Positions 1-13,258 of a DNA stretch of 64,000 nucleotides are shown here, piece after piece. This DNA comes from the human T2T-CHM13v2.0 reference genome, Homo sapiens. The translations under genes were made by a program, and so were the position numbers. The first letter of the stretch is position 1; every line of letters begins with the position of its first letter. The notes under the pieces are model-generated. The model searched no databases and was not told the DNA's origin. It saw nothing but the letters and a program-made list of their open reading frames with translations. The stretch lies in assembly GCF_009914755.1 (NCBI RefSeq), contig NC_060936.1; one strand, written 5' to 3'.

Positions 1-94
1 CTCAGCCAGCCCCGGTGCCTTCACGGAGGGCTGGGCGGCGCAGGCCCCAGGGTTCGGGCTTGTCGACTTTTAGCATGTGGTTCTCTTGTGTGAT

Positions 95-1140
<1,046 letters not shown>

Positions 1141-1269
1141 TGAGGGCCTCTGCACACAGCAGGCAGTGGTCATTTGGGGCTGGGGCCGGCCCGCCGGCTG
1201 GAACCTCACCCACAGCCTGCGTCCCCCTAGGGTGGCCTGTGCAGGGTGCTTGCTGTGACAGTGAGCGTG

Positions 1270-1410
1270 TTCTGGATCTACCCCGGCCAGTGCGACAGCT
1301 GCCAGCGCGTGGCGGGTGCGACTGAGGAATGGCGTTTTTCAACCTACTGAATCGTAATGAATTTAAGTTGAATAGCCCCGTGCGGCTAGTGGCCCCTGTA
1401 TTAGAAGCCC
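1270..1410. mobile_element. MER3/MER33-like hAT-Charlie fragment
   Basis: gtgcgactgaggaa...aatagccccgtgcggctagtggc...gtattag. Confidence 0.55.
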
Positions 1411-2246
1411 TAGAACAGGGTCCCAGGGCATGGCCTGCATGCCAGGGGGAGGCAGGGCTGAGGGCGTGCGGGTGTCCTGGGTGCTGTTTGTGGCTGTGTG
1501 GCCCTGGGGCCCAGTGGGGGCACTCCAGGACCTGTGGGCCCTGGGGCCACAGTGGACTCTGCTTCCCCCCCACCGATCACATCCCGAGTGGCACTGCACA
1601 GGGAAGCACTCCCTGATTACCTGGTGGTCAAACCCTTCTCGTGCCCTCATTGCCCTGTCGACCACAGCCCTCCTGACAGTTGGAATCTTAGTCCACTGGT
1701 GGGACACTGGTGGGAGCAGTGGGGGATTCAGGCAGCAAGCTGCGACGAGGCCAGGAGAGCCTCTGTTTGCCACCATGGCAGCAGTACAGAGCGCAGTGCC
1801 GGCACACAGTGGCGCGCAGTGGGTGAGCTGAACGAAAGGCGTTCTGCTGTGGCCGCGAGCATCTCTTCGCATCTGCACTCATGCTTTCTCCAAAGCTGTG
1901 CTATTCATACGCTCTGGGTCTATTATTCATAACCTCAGTGATGAACAAGCTATCTGAAAAATAGGCGGGTTATTTAAAGCCCCGCCCTTCACCTCCCTGA
2001 GCCCTTGGAGCGGGCACGTGTAGTTCCAGCAGAGGCCCTAGGGAGTGGCCTTGCCAGGCCCCCTGCTATCCCAGCACAGGCTAGTCAGGCAGGAGGATGC
2101 CTCATAACATCCCCAATCTCAATGGCATCAAAGAGCAAGGGCTTCTTTCTGGCTCTCACCATGTGTTCCCAACGGGTTGGCGGTGACTTGAGTGTTGCAG
2201 CCACACCTCAAGGAGAACATCTAGGGCTGCCTTAAAAGGCTTTAGG

Positions 2247-2531
2247 GGCCAGGCGTGGTGGCTCACGCCTGCAGTTCCAGCTCTTTGAGAGGCCAGGGTA
2301 GGAGGATCACTTGAGCCCAGGAATTTGCGATCAGCCTGGGCAACATAGTGAGATCCTGTCTCTGCAAAAATTGTTTTTTAAATTGGCTGGGGCATGGTGG
2401 CATGCACCTGTAGTGCCAGCTATGTGGGAGGCTGGGGTGGAAGGATTGCTTGAACCCAGAAGTTCGAGGCTGCAGTGAGCCATGATTGCACTACCGTACT
2501 CTAGCCTGGGTGACAGAGAGAGACTCTGTCT

Positions 2532-2575
<44 letters not shown>
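2247..2575 (+). mobile_element. Alu (AluJ-like) with an A43 tail
   Basis: Alu consensus; TSD-like aaaaggctttag / aaaagcctttag. Confidence 0.93.
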
Positions 2576-2576
<1 letters not shown>

Positions 2577-2889
2577 CCTTTAGAAACAGAGCCTCCTGGC
2601 CCTGCCCTGAGTGAAATCTCTACTTCAAGATGCTCACTTTGCTGGGCTGGCCCTGAAGGACCCCCGAGTACAGATGGACGGGGTTTTCTTGGGTTGGTGG
2701 AAGAGGGGAAAGGCCTGTGAGGCTGAGTCTGGCGGGGAACACTTCCGGAGGGAAGAGTGGGGTAGGGGGAGGGCAGAAGTGTCACCATGTTGGCATGAGG
2801 AGAGGCTGCAGGGGCCAGAGGTCTGTTTTCAGCATCAGTTTGGGGCTGAATCAGCAATGGGCTGAGCTGTGGGGAGGGGGAGGTGGACT

Positions 2890-3016
2890 GCAGGATGGGG
2901 TAGGGGTCCTTAGGCCACTTTCTGTTGAGGAGCAGGATGGGGTGGGGGTCCTTAGGCCACTTTCTGTGAGGAGCAGGATGGGGTGGGGGTCCTTAGGCCA
3001 CTTCCTGTGAGGAGCA
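2890..3016. repeat. About 40-bp tandem repeat x3 (caggatggggtgggggtccttaggccactttctgtgaggag)
   Basis: Direct inspection. Confidence 0.85.
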
Positions 3017-4175
3017 CCGGGCAGGGGCATGCCCCTGATGGTCTTTGCTTCCACAGGGAGTGGAATTTTGGGACAGACTTTAAAACAGACCAGAGAAAGA
3101 ACTTCCCAGCGTGGAGCTGTGGGGTGGATTTGGGAGGGGAACAGAGAGTGCTTTCTTTGTGTCTGTCTGATGGGGCTCTTTCTGAAGGGGCTGTGGATGG
3201 CTTCTGTTCCCATAGAACTCTCTTTCCCCACCTTGCCAAGATTCTTCCAGCTGCAAGTGACAGAAAGGCAGCTCAAATGGTCTGAAGCCTCAAAATGGAT
3301 TTGCTGGTGCTCACAACTGAGGGACAGTTTCAGGTGTGGCTCGATCCAGGCATTTGAACAATGTTGGAAAGACTTGATCTTTCACATCTTTGACTCCTGC
3401 TCTCCTCAGCATAGCTCCATTTCCACTGGTTTCCAACCCCCCTACATTCTTAGCCCTCACGGTGGGGGCTGTCTCCACAGCTCTGGAGGAGAACCTGGGT
3501 AGGGCTCTCATTGGCCCAGTGTGGGTTACACGCCCATGTCCAATCCAGTCCTTGTCCTCAGGGAGATGTGGTGCCATTTCTAGAAGATGTGGATGCTGGG
3601 TAGGCCCTCCCTGCCCTCCTGCAGACATCTGCTATTCTGATCAGCTTCCTGTGCCCCTCGACAGGCCTGGCCAGCTCCCACCTGTGTGTTCCTCCCTGGC
3701 AGGTGTGCCACAGACACAGGTGTGGTGGGGTCTCTACCCCTCTGGAGGCTGCCTGAGCCTTGGGTGGTACCAAGAAGGGCTGGGAACCCTTCCTCCAGGC
3801 CGAGTGTGGTTTCAGCCCCGCAAAGAGCACAGAGGGATCCCAGTTCTCCAGGGCTCTGAGCCGGGCTCCGGGGTGGGTGTGGCCTTGAGGTTGCAGTGAG
3901 AGGCCATGACCACACCCCTTGTTGAGAACTGGGAGCTGGAGGACAGGCTGGTGGTGGAGAGCTGGGCAGATCCCTGAATGCCTGGATCCCATGGAGGGCG
4001 TCTGGGGTGGGCTTCCTGATGGGCCCCACAAAGCGGCTTCCTGATGGGCCCCACCAAGCAGCTTCCAGACCAAGCCAGGGCCAGAGGGTGTCAGGTGGTC
4101 CTGTGTGCCCAGCAGGGAGCTGAGGCCACTGCAACAAGGGGCTGCATAACCCCGTGTCCCTGGCTCTCCCCACAG

Positions 4176-4285
4176 CCCCCCTCCCAACTCCCAAATCCCC
4201 CGGCGTCGGAGATGAGGCCCCGGATGCTGCCAGTGTTCTTTGGGGAGAGCATCAAGGTGAACCCGGAACCCACGCATGAGATCCG
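4176..4285 (+). CDS. RFLNA: Refilin-A penultimate coding exon (PPSQLPNPPASEMRPRMLPVFFGESIKVNPEPTHEIR); in-frame ATG at 4212
   Basis: Acceptor ctctccccacAG|4176 and donor 4285|GTgagt. The phase-2 end (CG) joins the C at 6540 to make Arg. Peptide recognised as refilin-A. Confidence 0.93.
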
Positions 4286-4650
4286 GTGAGTGGGCCACTG
4301 GGCTCTGCGCGGGAGGAGGGGGTGGGGGGTTGGGTGCTGGTCCTGACTCTCTTGTGGGATGGGGGTGGGGACTAGGCCAAGCTGGGGGCTCAGGAGGCTC
4401 CCTACCCTCCAGGCAGCCCCTCTGGGTGCTGCTTCCTGGGGAGTTTGGCCGTATCTTAGCCACAGACAAAACTGATTTTAAGAGACTCTGACCCCAAGGG
4501 ACCCTCTGTATCCACCCCACGCCCCCACCCCAGGTCTATTCAGCCGTTTCCCATTTCCCCATTTACCTTCTCCTCCAAAAGGCTTTTATTTTAAATCCAA
4601 CCTCTCAGAAAAAATGGAAAATTATGAACATAACCACTTGTGCACCCTAA

Positions 4651-4968
<318 letters not shown>

Positions 4969-5745
4969 CCTGACAGATTGTTAGGTATTCACAACCAAAC
5001 CATTCAGGCAACTCAGGACCGCCTTCCACTCTGTTGTCCAAGCATTAGGGGACAGTTGTCCAGCTGCTCCATGTTCTTTGTGACTGTAACTTAGGTTCTT
5101 GAGGCCACCCATGAGCTACTGCACTGTAAGTGTATTGGGTGCCCTCCCATGCATATGACATCTTAGGTGGCATCCGAATTGAATTAAGGCACCCCTGCTT
5201 GGGAACATCCCACATCGATTTGCCCTCCTCTGAAGCTGCTGGGGCTCAGGCTTCCCAAGGATGGAGTGTGGGATCCGTGAGTCTTACCCACATATCTATG
5301 GGGCTCTCTCCATCCACTCGTCCCTGTTGAGTGGGGCCAGCCAAGTGTCTGAGACCCACTGCCTGCTGCCCCTGCCAGCCAGGCAATGGTCCCAGGAGAC
5401 AAACGAGTCCACTTCTAAATTATTTTTCAATCCCCAAACAGCCTTCATTGTCTAGTTTTTAAAATGCAAGCCAAAATTAGATCATCAGAAGCCCAGCAAG
5501 GGTGGAGGATGGATGCCTTGACCCTCGGGACCTCTGATCCCTTCACAAGTCTTCTGTGATCACCTCTGGGGGTTCAGTGGGGAATGAGATGGGGAGGATT
5601 CTCTCCCTCCCAGAGCTTCCAGTCTGATTTCCTAAAGCTCTGGACGTGGAACTGGGGGATACTAGTCGGTCACTCCTCCAAGGGTGTTGAAGGGACTTCT
5701 TGGAAAACGTATTTTGATATAATTTCAAACTTTTTAAAAGGTTGC

Positions 5746-6066
<321 letters not shown>

Positions 6067-6539
6067 TCACTGGTTGTTTATATCTTGCCCTATTTGAGAG
6101 GAGATTGGTGACATCCTGCCCTTTAGCCCCCAGATACTTCAGTGTGTCTCTTAAGAACAGGGACATCCTCTTCCATGACAGCAGCATAGTTGTCAACGTC
6201 AGGGAAGTGCACACAGTGACGCCAGCACCTAACCCACACGACACGGCTCAGTTTCACCCATCGTCCCGATAAGGTCCTTTCCTGGCTTACTTTTCTCCCC
6301 AGTTCAGGATCCAGTCAGGGTCCTTCATTGCGTTTAGCTGTCTCGCCTCTTTAGTCTCTGTGAAGCCAAGACAGTCCCTCAGTCCTTCTTTGACCTTCTT
6401 GACCTTGACATTTCAGAGCAGCCCACACCCGTTAGGCTTCAGAGCATCTGCCCAGGGCCCTTTCGTGTCCATGCTGAGGGCAGGGAATCGGGCTGCCCCC
6501 AATCCTGGGTTCACTCCGCTTCCCTCCTGCCCTTTCCAG

Positions 6540-6873
6540 CTGCAACTCTGAGGTCAAGTACGCCTCGGAGAAGCATTTCCAGGACAAGGTCTTCTATGCG
6601 CCCGTACCCACCGTCACGGCCTACAGCGAGACCATCGTGGCAGCACCCAACTGCACGTGGCGCAACTACCGCAGCCAGCTGACCCTGGAGCCACGCCCGC
6701 GCGCCCTGCGCTTCCGCAGCACCACCATCATCTTCCCCAAGCATGCCAGGAGCACTTTCCGGACCACCCTGCACTGCAGCCTGGGCCGGCCCAGCCGCTG
6801 GTTCACCGCCAGCGTGCAGCTGCAGCTTTGCCAGGACCCTGCCCCCAGCCTCCTGGGCCCTGCCACGCTCTGA
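6540..6873 (+). CDS. RFLNA: Refilin-A last coding exon (CNSEVKYASEKHFQDKVFYAP...LLGPATL*)
   Basis: Acceptor cctttccAG|6540; 110 codons then TGA at 6871-6873; refilin-family filamin-binding C-terminal sequence. Confidence 0.95.
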
Positions 6874-8380
6874 CGGGGCTGGGGCCGGCCCGGGGTGCTG
6901 GAGGAGCCGGGAGCCCTGGGGAGAAGCCGGGAGGATGGACACGATGAGCTCGGCCTGGCACTCGGGCAGGAGGCGGGAAGGGAGGCTGCCAGACCAAGGA
7001 CCCGTGTGGAAGGAGGCGGCTCCCCGCTGCCTGCCCTGACCTACAGGCTAGGTGGTGGTCTCCTTGTTTTGGTGTCAAGGACTCAGTAAAAGCATCTATT
7101 TTTTTAGCACTTAAGCTGGCAAGGCGGTAGGGGCATGCACTGTTAGGTGGTGGCCACCCCCAGGGTCAGGGGAAAAGAATGGGTCCATAGAGTGCCCTTG
7201 AAGCAGAGAACAGCCCCGAGCAGTGTGAGGACAGAGGCATCCCAGCCTCAGCCGGTGGGAACGGCTGCCACTCCCCCAGAGCCCTGCCACCCCATGTGTC
7301 CTAGGCTGGTGGCCAAGGCCATGTGTGAGGGAAGAGGGGTACCTCTCTTCCCTGCTGCTGGCCTGGGGTATTTCCAAAACAGCCTTTTCGCACACATGCA
7401 GGTTGCACCGAGAGGTCTGGAGCTGTGGCTGAGCCACCTCTGGTGGATGTTGAGCCAGGAGGTTGGGCAAAGGCCGGATGCTGATGCCAGCGCTGGAGGT
7501 GGTGATACTGGGGGCGGGGAAGGCCTAGAAATACTTTGAGCCATGGCCTTGCCAGTGTCCCGTGCCCTCCAGTGTCAAAGATTTGGGGCACTGCCCGTCG
7601 AAATGGAAAGGTTGGTGCTCAGCCTCTGGAGCCTCACCTGCAGGGCGTCCCCAGCTAACACCCATCCACGCACCACCTCCAGGACGAGAACCCTTGATGT
7701 CAAAACCAAGTGCCCAGTGGAGGCGGTGAAGCTCTCGGAAATGCTGCCACCTGTGTGAGGCCGGGTCTGAACTCGAGGGAGTCGGAGCTCAGCTGTCGGT
7801 TTAAAGAGACACTGAGGGGACCGGGCTGCCGCCCTCAGCCTGCATTCCTGTGCGCAATCGATTCCGCAATGACAGCACCTTACTCCTTCCTGCGGCAGGC
7901 TCACCCCTGCCTGTGGGATGTTGTGAGAGGAACATGAGCCAGACAAAGACTTGGCTCAGGGCTCCGTGGAACAAGCCAGGATGCACGGGGAGCTGGGGGA
8001 GCCCCCAGCCTGGGGCAGCCCAGCAGGCCGCTGAACAAACACCCCAGAAGCCAGCACTGTGGCAGGGTGCTGGGGAGATGCCCCTCTGAGCCTTCCTCCC
8101 CCCTCAGACCTGAATGCACCCCACAGTTGGGGGCTGCCCCTGCCACTCCCCTGGTAATGCATAAAAGGGGAGGGGAAGGTTCCCTGGGGCTTGAGCTCCC
8201 TCTGTGGAGGTGAGGAGGGGAGATTCCGTTCACATCCAGGAGGGGCAAAATGACTGATGTATTTTTATGTATCTACACAGAGAGTGCATTTTCTCTCCAG
8301 AGATGCTGTCTGGTTAACAAAGGAATAACTTAAGAAATTGATTGATTATCTTAATAAACTGTGCAAACCCAACGGGACTT
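6874..8380 (+). other. RFLNA: RFLNA 3' UTR (end approximate)
   Basis: Runs from the stop codon to AATAAA at 8353-8358, which has upstream UGUA elements (~8258-8272) and a downstream U/GU-rich tract (~8379-8395). Confidence 0.75.
8353..8358 (+). terminator. RFLNA polyadenylation signal AATAAA (second AATAAA at 8610-8615)
   Basis: Canonical hexamer with flanking auxiliary elements. Confidence 0.7.
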
Positions 8381-9129
8381 CCTTTTCTGTCTGTGAGACC
8401 TTCAGCTCCCGCTGGGGTTGGGGAAGGGGAAGATGGGTCTCCAGGCCCCTTTTCCTGTGTGGCCATCACTTTTTTTCCACTCGGAGCTTGTGCCCTAAGG
8501 AGCTGGCCTTGGCCCTGATCAAAGGAACAAAGAAGGACTCAGCCCCCACCCCTGTAGACAGCCTAAGCGTACGCCACCTCCACACGCCAGCTCCACCCAA
8601 GAGCTAATTAATAAATGCAGAGGCCTGGGACCTACCTGGGGACTCAGATCTGGGGGGCAGCTCCTTGGATGGGCCCGGGCATCTGCACTTTGGATGGCGT
8701 GCATATCTGCAGCTCCATATCCTGGTCGTCAGCTCTGGCAAGCCCCTCAACCCACAGCATCCCTGGAGAAGGGCCCTGGCTGCCACTGCGGAGCAGGCGG
8801 CTGGGACGCACCTTACAATCTGTTTCTCTCCATCTCGCCCTTGGAGAGGCCCATGGGGCTCCATGGAGATCGTGAGTGTGTTAAAGGGAACACTCGGCAG
8901 CCAGGGGACAGTGAGTCAGACTGGAAAATCAGACTAGAATTTGCTCCCAGGCTCTGGAGTTGGTGGGGGCAGGGGATAAGGGAGTGTCCCCAGAGGCTGC
9001 TGGGGACAGGTCTTCCGAGGGGATGTGCCACAAGAGTGCCATGGTCAGGACTGGTGGTAGCCTCTTGAGGTCCACACCCTGGTCTGGCAGTGGTTAAGCT
9101 AACACTAGTGGGAATGCTATGCGTGCTAA

Positions 9130-9350
9130 TTCAGAGCACTCATTGGATTTCAGGCTCTGTAGGAAACATTGCATATGAAAACTTGCATGCCATCCCTACC
9201 CGCTGACATGGATGCAACCGCACCTCCACTTCACAGAGGAGAAAGTAAGGCACAGAGAGGTTAAGTCATTTGCCCACACTGGTAGGATGCAGCTGGTAGG
9301 AGGCAGAGACAGGATCTGAACCCAAGATCCGGGACACTCTAAACCACCGG
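9130..9350. mobile_element. MIR
   Basis: MIR core cacagaggagaaagtaaggcacagagaggttaagtcatttgccc. Confidence 0.7.
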
Positions 9351-11789
9351 CTGCCTGCTTTGATGGAGGACGGCCCCTAACAGGGAAGGGGGGATGGAAG
9401 CCAGAGAGGCTGAGTCCAACACAGGTTCACATCAACTCGAGGACGAATCTTGAGGCCTCCACTGGTCTACACGGACAGAAGCGCACCTCAAGACCCGAGC
9501 CCTGCTTTACTCATGGGATTCCCTACAGATGCCTGCTGGGGGTGGCATTCTTTGCACCTTCCTTAATCCATGCAAATTCAACTCCACAAGCCTGATTTTC
9601 AATCACAACCTTGATCTCTCACCATCTCGAAGGGAAAATGGATAAGGCTTTCCGACACTTGCAATTATAGTGCCAATGAATTCAACAAACATGGAGGTTC
9701 CCCTGGGATCGGTCTTGCGCTGGAGCTCAGGTGGAGTCCGTTGAAATCGTCAGCTCTGCGTGGCCTGCCAGACTCTTCCTGTCCCGTCCCGTTCCTCACT
9801 CCCCTTTCACAGGCATTACCCTGCAAAACCTCTTACCCTCCTAACTCCATCTCAGCCCGTTTCCTGGAGAACCCGGAGAACACGCCCGCCTCTGAGAGCC
9901 TGCAATTTGTGGACCTCCTGCAGTGGCTCTACCACACAAATGGTTGTCGCCTTTGCTGATGATGCTGGAGGCCCAGCCTGCCTGCTGGTCATGCAGGGGC
10001 CCAGGGAAGCCCAGCCAGGCACAAGGCGGAAGGAGAGGGCAAGGGCAACCAATCTAAGGCCCCCAAGTGCACCTGCTTTTCCCTTAAAGCAGCTCGTCTG
10101 TCCTAGGGGAACCCAAAAGACCTGGAGACAGGCAGAAAGAGGCATCGGTTCTGTCTGATCCTAGCCCTTGGGGACTTCCATCCCTGAAACAGAGACTGGC
10201 TGCTGTCCTCAACTGCCCAGCCTTCACGTGCTGCTGGCTATAGTGCCTTTCCCCATCTCCCCCCAGCCCAGGCACACCAGATGTGCAAGATTCAATGTGC
10301 CATGCAAGACCCCGGTGATGCCCTCAGAGGGGCAACTGTCACCCACCAGGCCCTGGGGAGGGGAAACTGACAAAGGATGGGCCTCGTCGCTGGAAAAGGA
10401 ACAGGTCACTTCACTTCCCTAAGCATCTGCAAAATGAGCGGAAGGTCTCTACCTCCCAGACCTAAAATCAGATTCGGCAGCCCCCTTCCTTGCCCTGTAC
10501 ACGGTGCTCTTTCCCTGCAAGTCCACTGAACTTGACACTGGTCCCATCTCTTCCTGCCAGAATGGGAATGAAAACCAGGGCCTGCGTAGCACCCACACTG
10601 TGCCTGGCCCTGCTAGGAGCATGTCGTGTATTTAATCTGTTTCATCTTCACGACGGCCCTGCAAGAGGTGAGGAGAATCCTGCGAACGAAGCGTGTGCCC
10701 CCGGCCTCCCTCCAGAGGAAGTGTCCCTGTGAGGACAGCTGGTGGCTTGCAGACCGCTGAGCCCTCTCGGCTTTCTAAAGAATCTGTAAACGACTGAATT
10801 TTCTTTGATGGCCCTCCTTAGCCTCTCAAGGACGGAATGGCCAGAGAACCCTTCCACCAGCGCCAGCTCCCCAGATTTGCAAATGAGCCACTGCTGCCGA
10901 CCTCCTGCAGCTTCTCCTCCCTCCCCACCTCTGCCTTTGTCCTTTGCCTCTGGCCACTATCTGATTCCCATACAGGTGAGCAAACAGCGGCTATGTAAAA
11001 AAACAAACAAACAAACCAAACCAAAAAAACCCAATAGCTTTTAGGAAGCAGTCACTCCCTATAGCAATACCACCACCCCATTCGACAGACACGGAAACTG
11101 AGCCGTGGTGGGGTCGAATGACGGGGCCAGGACCAGGCAGCTGGCCGTGACATGCCTTTGCATCGTGCTGATCCCCGAGCCCCCTGCCCCCTCACGCCAT
11201 GGTGTCTGTCCCCGATCCCCTCCCCAGGGCAAGGGGGCTGTGTCCTGGCCTCTCCACTGTGCCAGCCCCTTATCCTGGTCCCACACTGGCCTCCCAGGTC
11301 TAATTCTCCCTCACAATCCATCAGCACCCTTGCGAGACAAAACTGCCCTGATTTCAGAAAACCGGCAAGTTACCTTATTAAGCAACGGCTCACCACCCCA
11401 GACACTCCTGGGCCCCCACAGGGACTCACGTCCAGCCCATGGTCGTGGGCTCCCGAGGGTCCTTGGTTGGGCCTCACCTCCTAGCCTTTGCCCACACAGG
11501 TTTTCTCCTCTCAGCCTATTCCCTTCCCTAGACCTGCCTCCTTCAGGAAGCCACCCTGACTGCTCCAGTTTATCTGTGTCATCCCAGGAAAGCTTGTCTG
11601 GAGCCAACCCCAGGGTCTTTGGGACCAGTCCTTTGCTGCCCTGTGGGGCAGCAGCTCTTGGGGCTGGTGGCCAGGTCTCCTTCTACAGAGACTTTTGTGC
11701 ACTTACTGGAGACCTCCTGATCAGATGGAAGCGAAGGAGCCAGGTTCCAGGTGAAGGCCTAGCTCCAACCTTGGGCACCGCCCCTGCCA

Positions 11790-11940
11790 TCATGGTGAGG
11801 GTCGTCAACCACCCCCACCAGAAACCCCTGGGCTGCTTGTTGAAAACACAGATTCCTGGGCCCCACCCTGGACCTAGAGCATCAGACTGTCTAGGTGGAC
11901 CCAGGAATCTGCACTTAACCAACTTCTCGATGTCCTAAGA
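11790..11940. mobile_element. MER5A-like DNA transposon
   Basis: cttgttgaaaacacagattcctgggccccacc...ccaggaatctgcacttaac. Confidence 0.65.
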
Positions 11941-12307
11941 CATGGTGACATTTGCCACCAACTGTCCTTTACAGAGCTCTTTCTAGCTTTCTTTTGAGAA
12001 CTAGACACTCGCAGCGTCACTTCACAACACACTTGCCAGGGAGGTTCAGAGCCAAAGGCAGGGTCAGGAGGGGAAAGACAAGAGCTCTGCCCCTCGAGGG
12101 TTCCGTCGGGTTTGAGACAAGGATTGCACTGTGTTATCAGAGACCCAGAGGGGAGAGAAGATAGGCCAGGGCAGTGTGCTCTTCAAGGAAGTAATGCCCC
12201 AGCTGGGTTTTGAAGTGTGTATAGGGGTTTTCCAGGGAGATGGGGGTCAGGGGAACAGCATGAGTCTTCATTTTAAAGATGCAGCAGTGAAAAAGCCACA
12301 TAAGACA

Positions 12308-13258
12308 GGGGTGGGATGACCTCTTTCTTTGGGGGCGGGTGGGATGACCTCTTTCTTTGGGGGGAGGTGGGATGACCTCTTTCTTTGGGGGTGGGTGGGA
12401 TGACCTCTTTCTTTAGGGGCAGGTGGGATGACCTCTTTCTTTGGGGGTAGGTGGGATGACATCTTTGGGGGCAGGTGGGATGACCTCTTTCTTTGGGGGC
12501 GGGTGGGATGACCTCTTTCTTTAAGGGTAGGTGGGATGACCTCTTTCTTTAGGGGTAGGTGGGATGACCTCTTTCTTTAGGGGTAGGTGGGATGACCTCT
12601 TTCTTTAGGGGTAGGTGGGATGACCTCTTTCTTTAGGGGTAGGTGGGATGACCTCTTTCTTTCTTTAGGGGTAGGTGGGATGACCTCTTTCTTTAGGGGT
12701 AAGTGGGATGACCTCTTTAGGGGTAGGTGGGATGACCTCTTTGGGGGCAGGTGGGATGACCTCTTTCTTTAGGGGTAGGTGGGATGACCTCTTTCTTTGG
12801 GGGTAGGTGGGATGATCTCTTTCTTTAGGGGTAGGTGGGATGGCCTCTTTCTTTAGGGGTAGGTGGGATGACCTCTTTCTTTGGGGGTAGGTGGGATGAC
12901 CTCTTTCTTTGGGGGTAGGTGGGATGACCTCTTTCTTTGGGGGTAGGTGGGATGACCTCTTTCTTTGGGGGTAGGTGGGATGACCTCTTTCTTTGGGGGT
13001 AGGTGGGATGACCTCTTTGGGGGTAGGTGAGATGACCTCTTTCTTTGGGGGTTGGTGGGATGACCTCTTTCTTTGGGGGTAAGTGGGATGACCTCTTTGT
13101 TTGCGGGTAGGTGAGATGACCTCTTTCTTTGGGGGTTGGTGGGATGACCTCTTTCTTTGGGGGTAGGTGGGATGACCTCTTTCTTTGGGGGTAGGTGGGA
13201 TGACCTCTTTGGGGGTAGGTGGGATGACCTCTTTGGGGGTAGGTAGGATGACCTCTTT
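12308..13258. repeat. VNTR, 35 units of 24/28 bp (GGGATGACCTCTTT[CTTT]GGGGGTAGGT)
   Basis: Units counted line by line. Confidence 0.97.

Noticed and set aside
3558-4520. 320-aa antisense ORF over the RFLNA exon
   Set aside because: GC-rich chance ORF with no recognisable domain.
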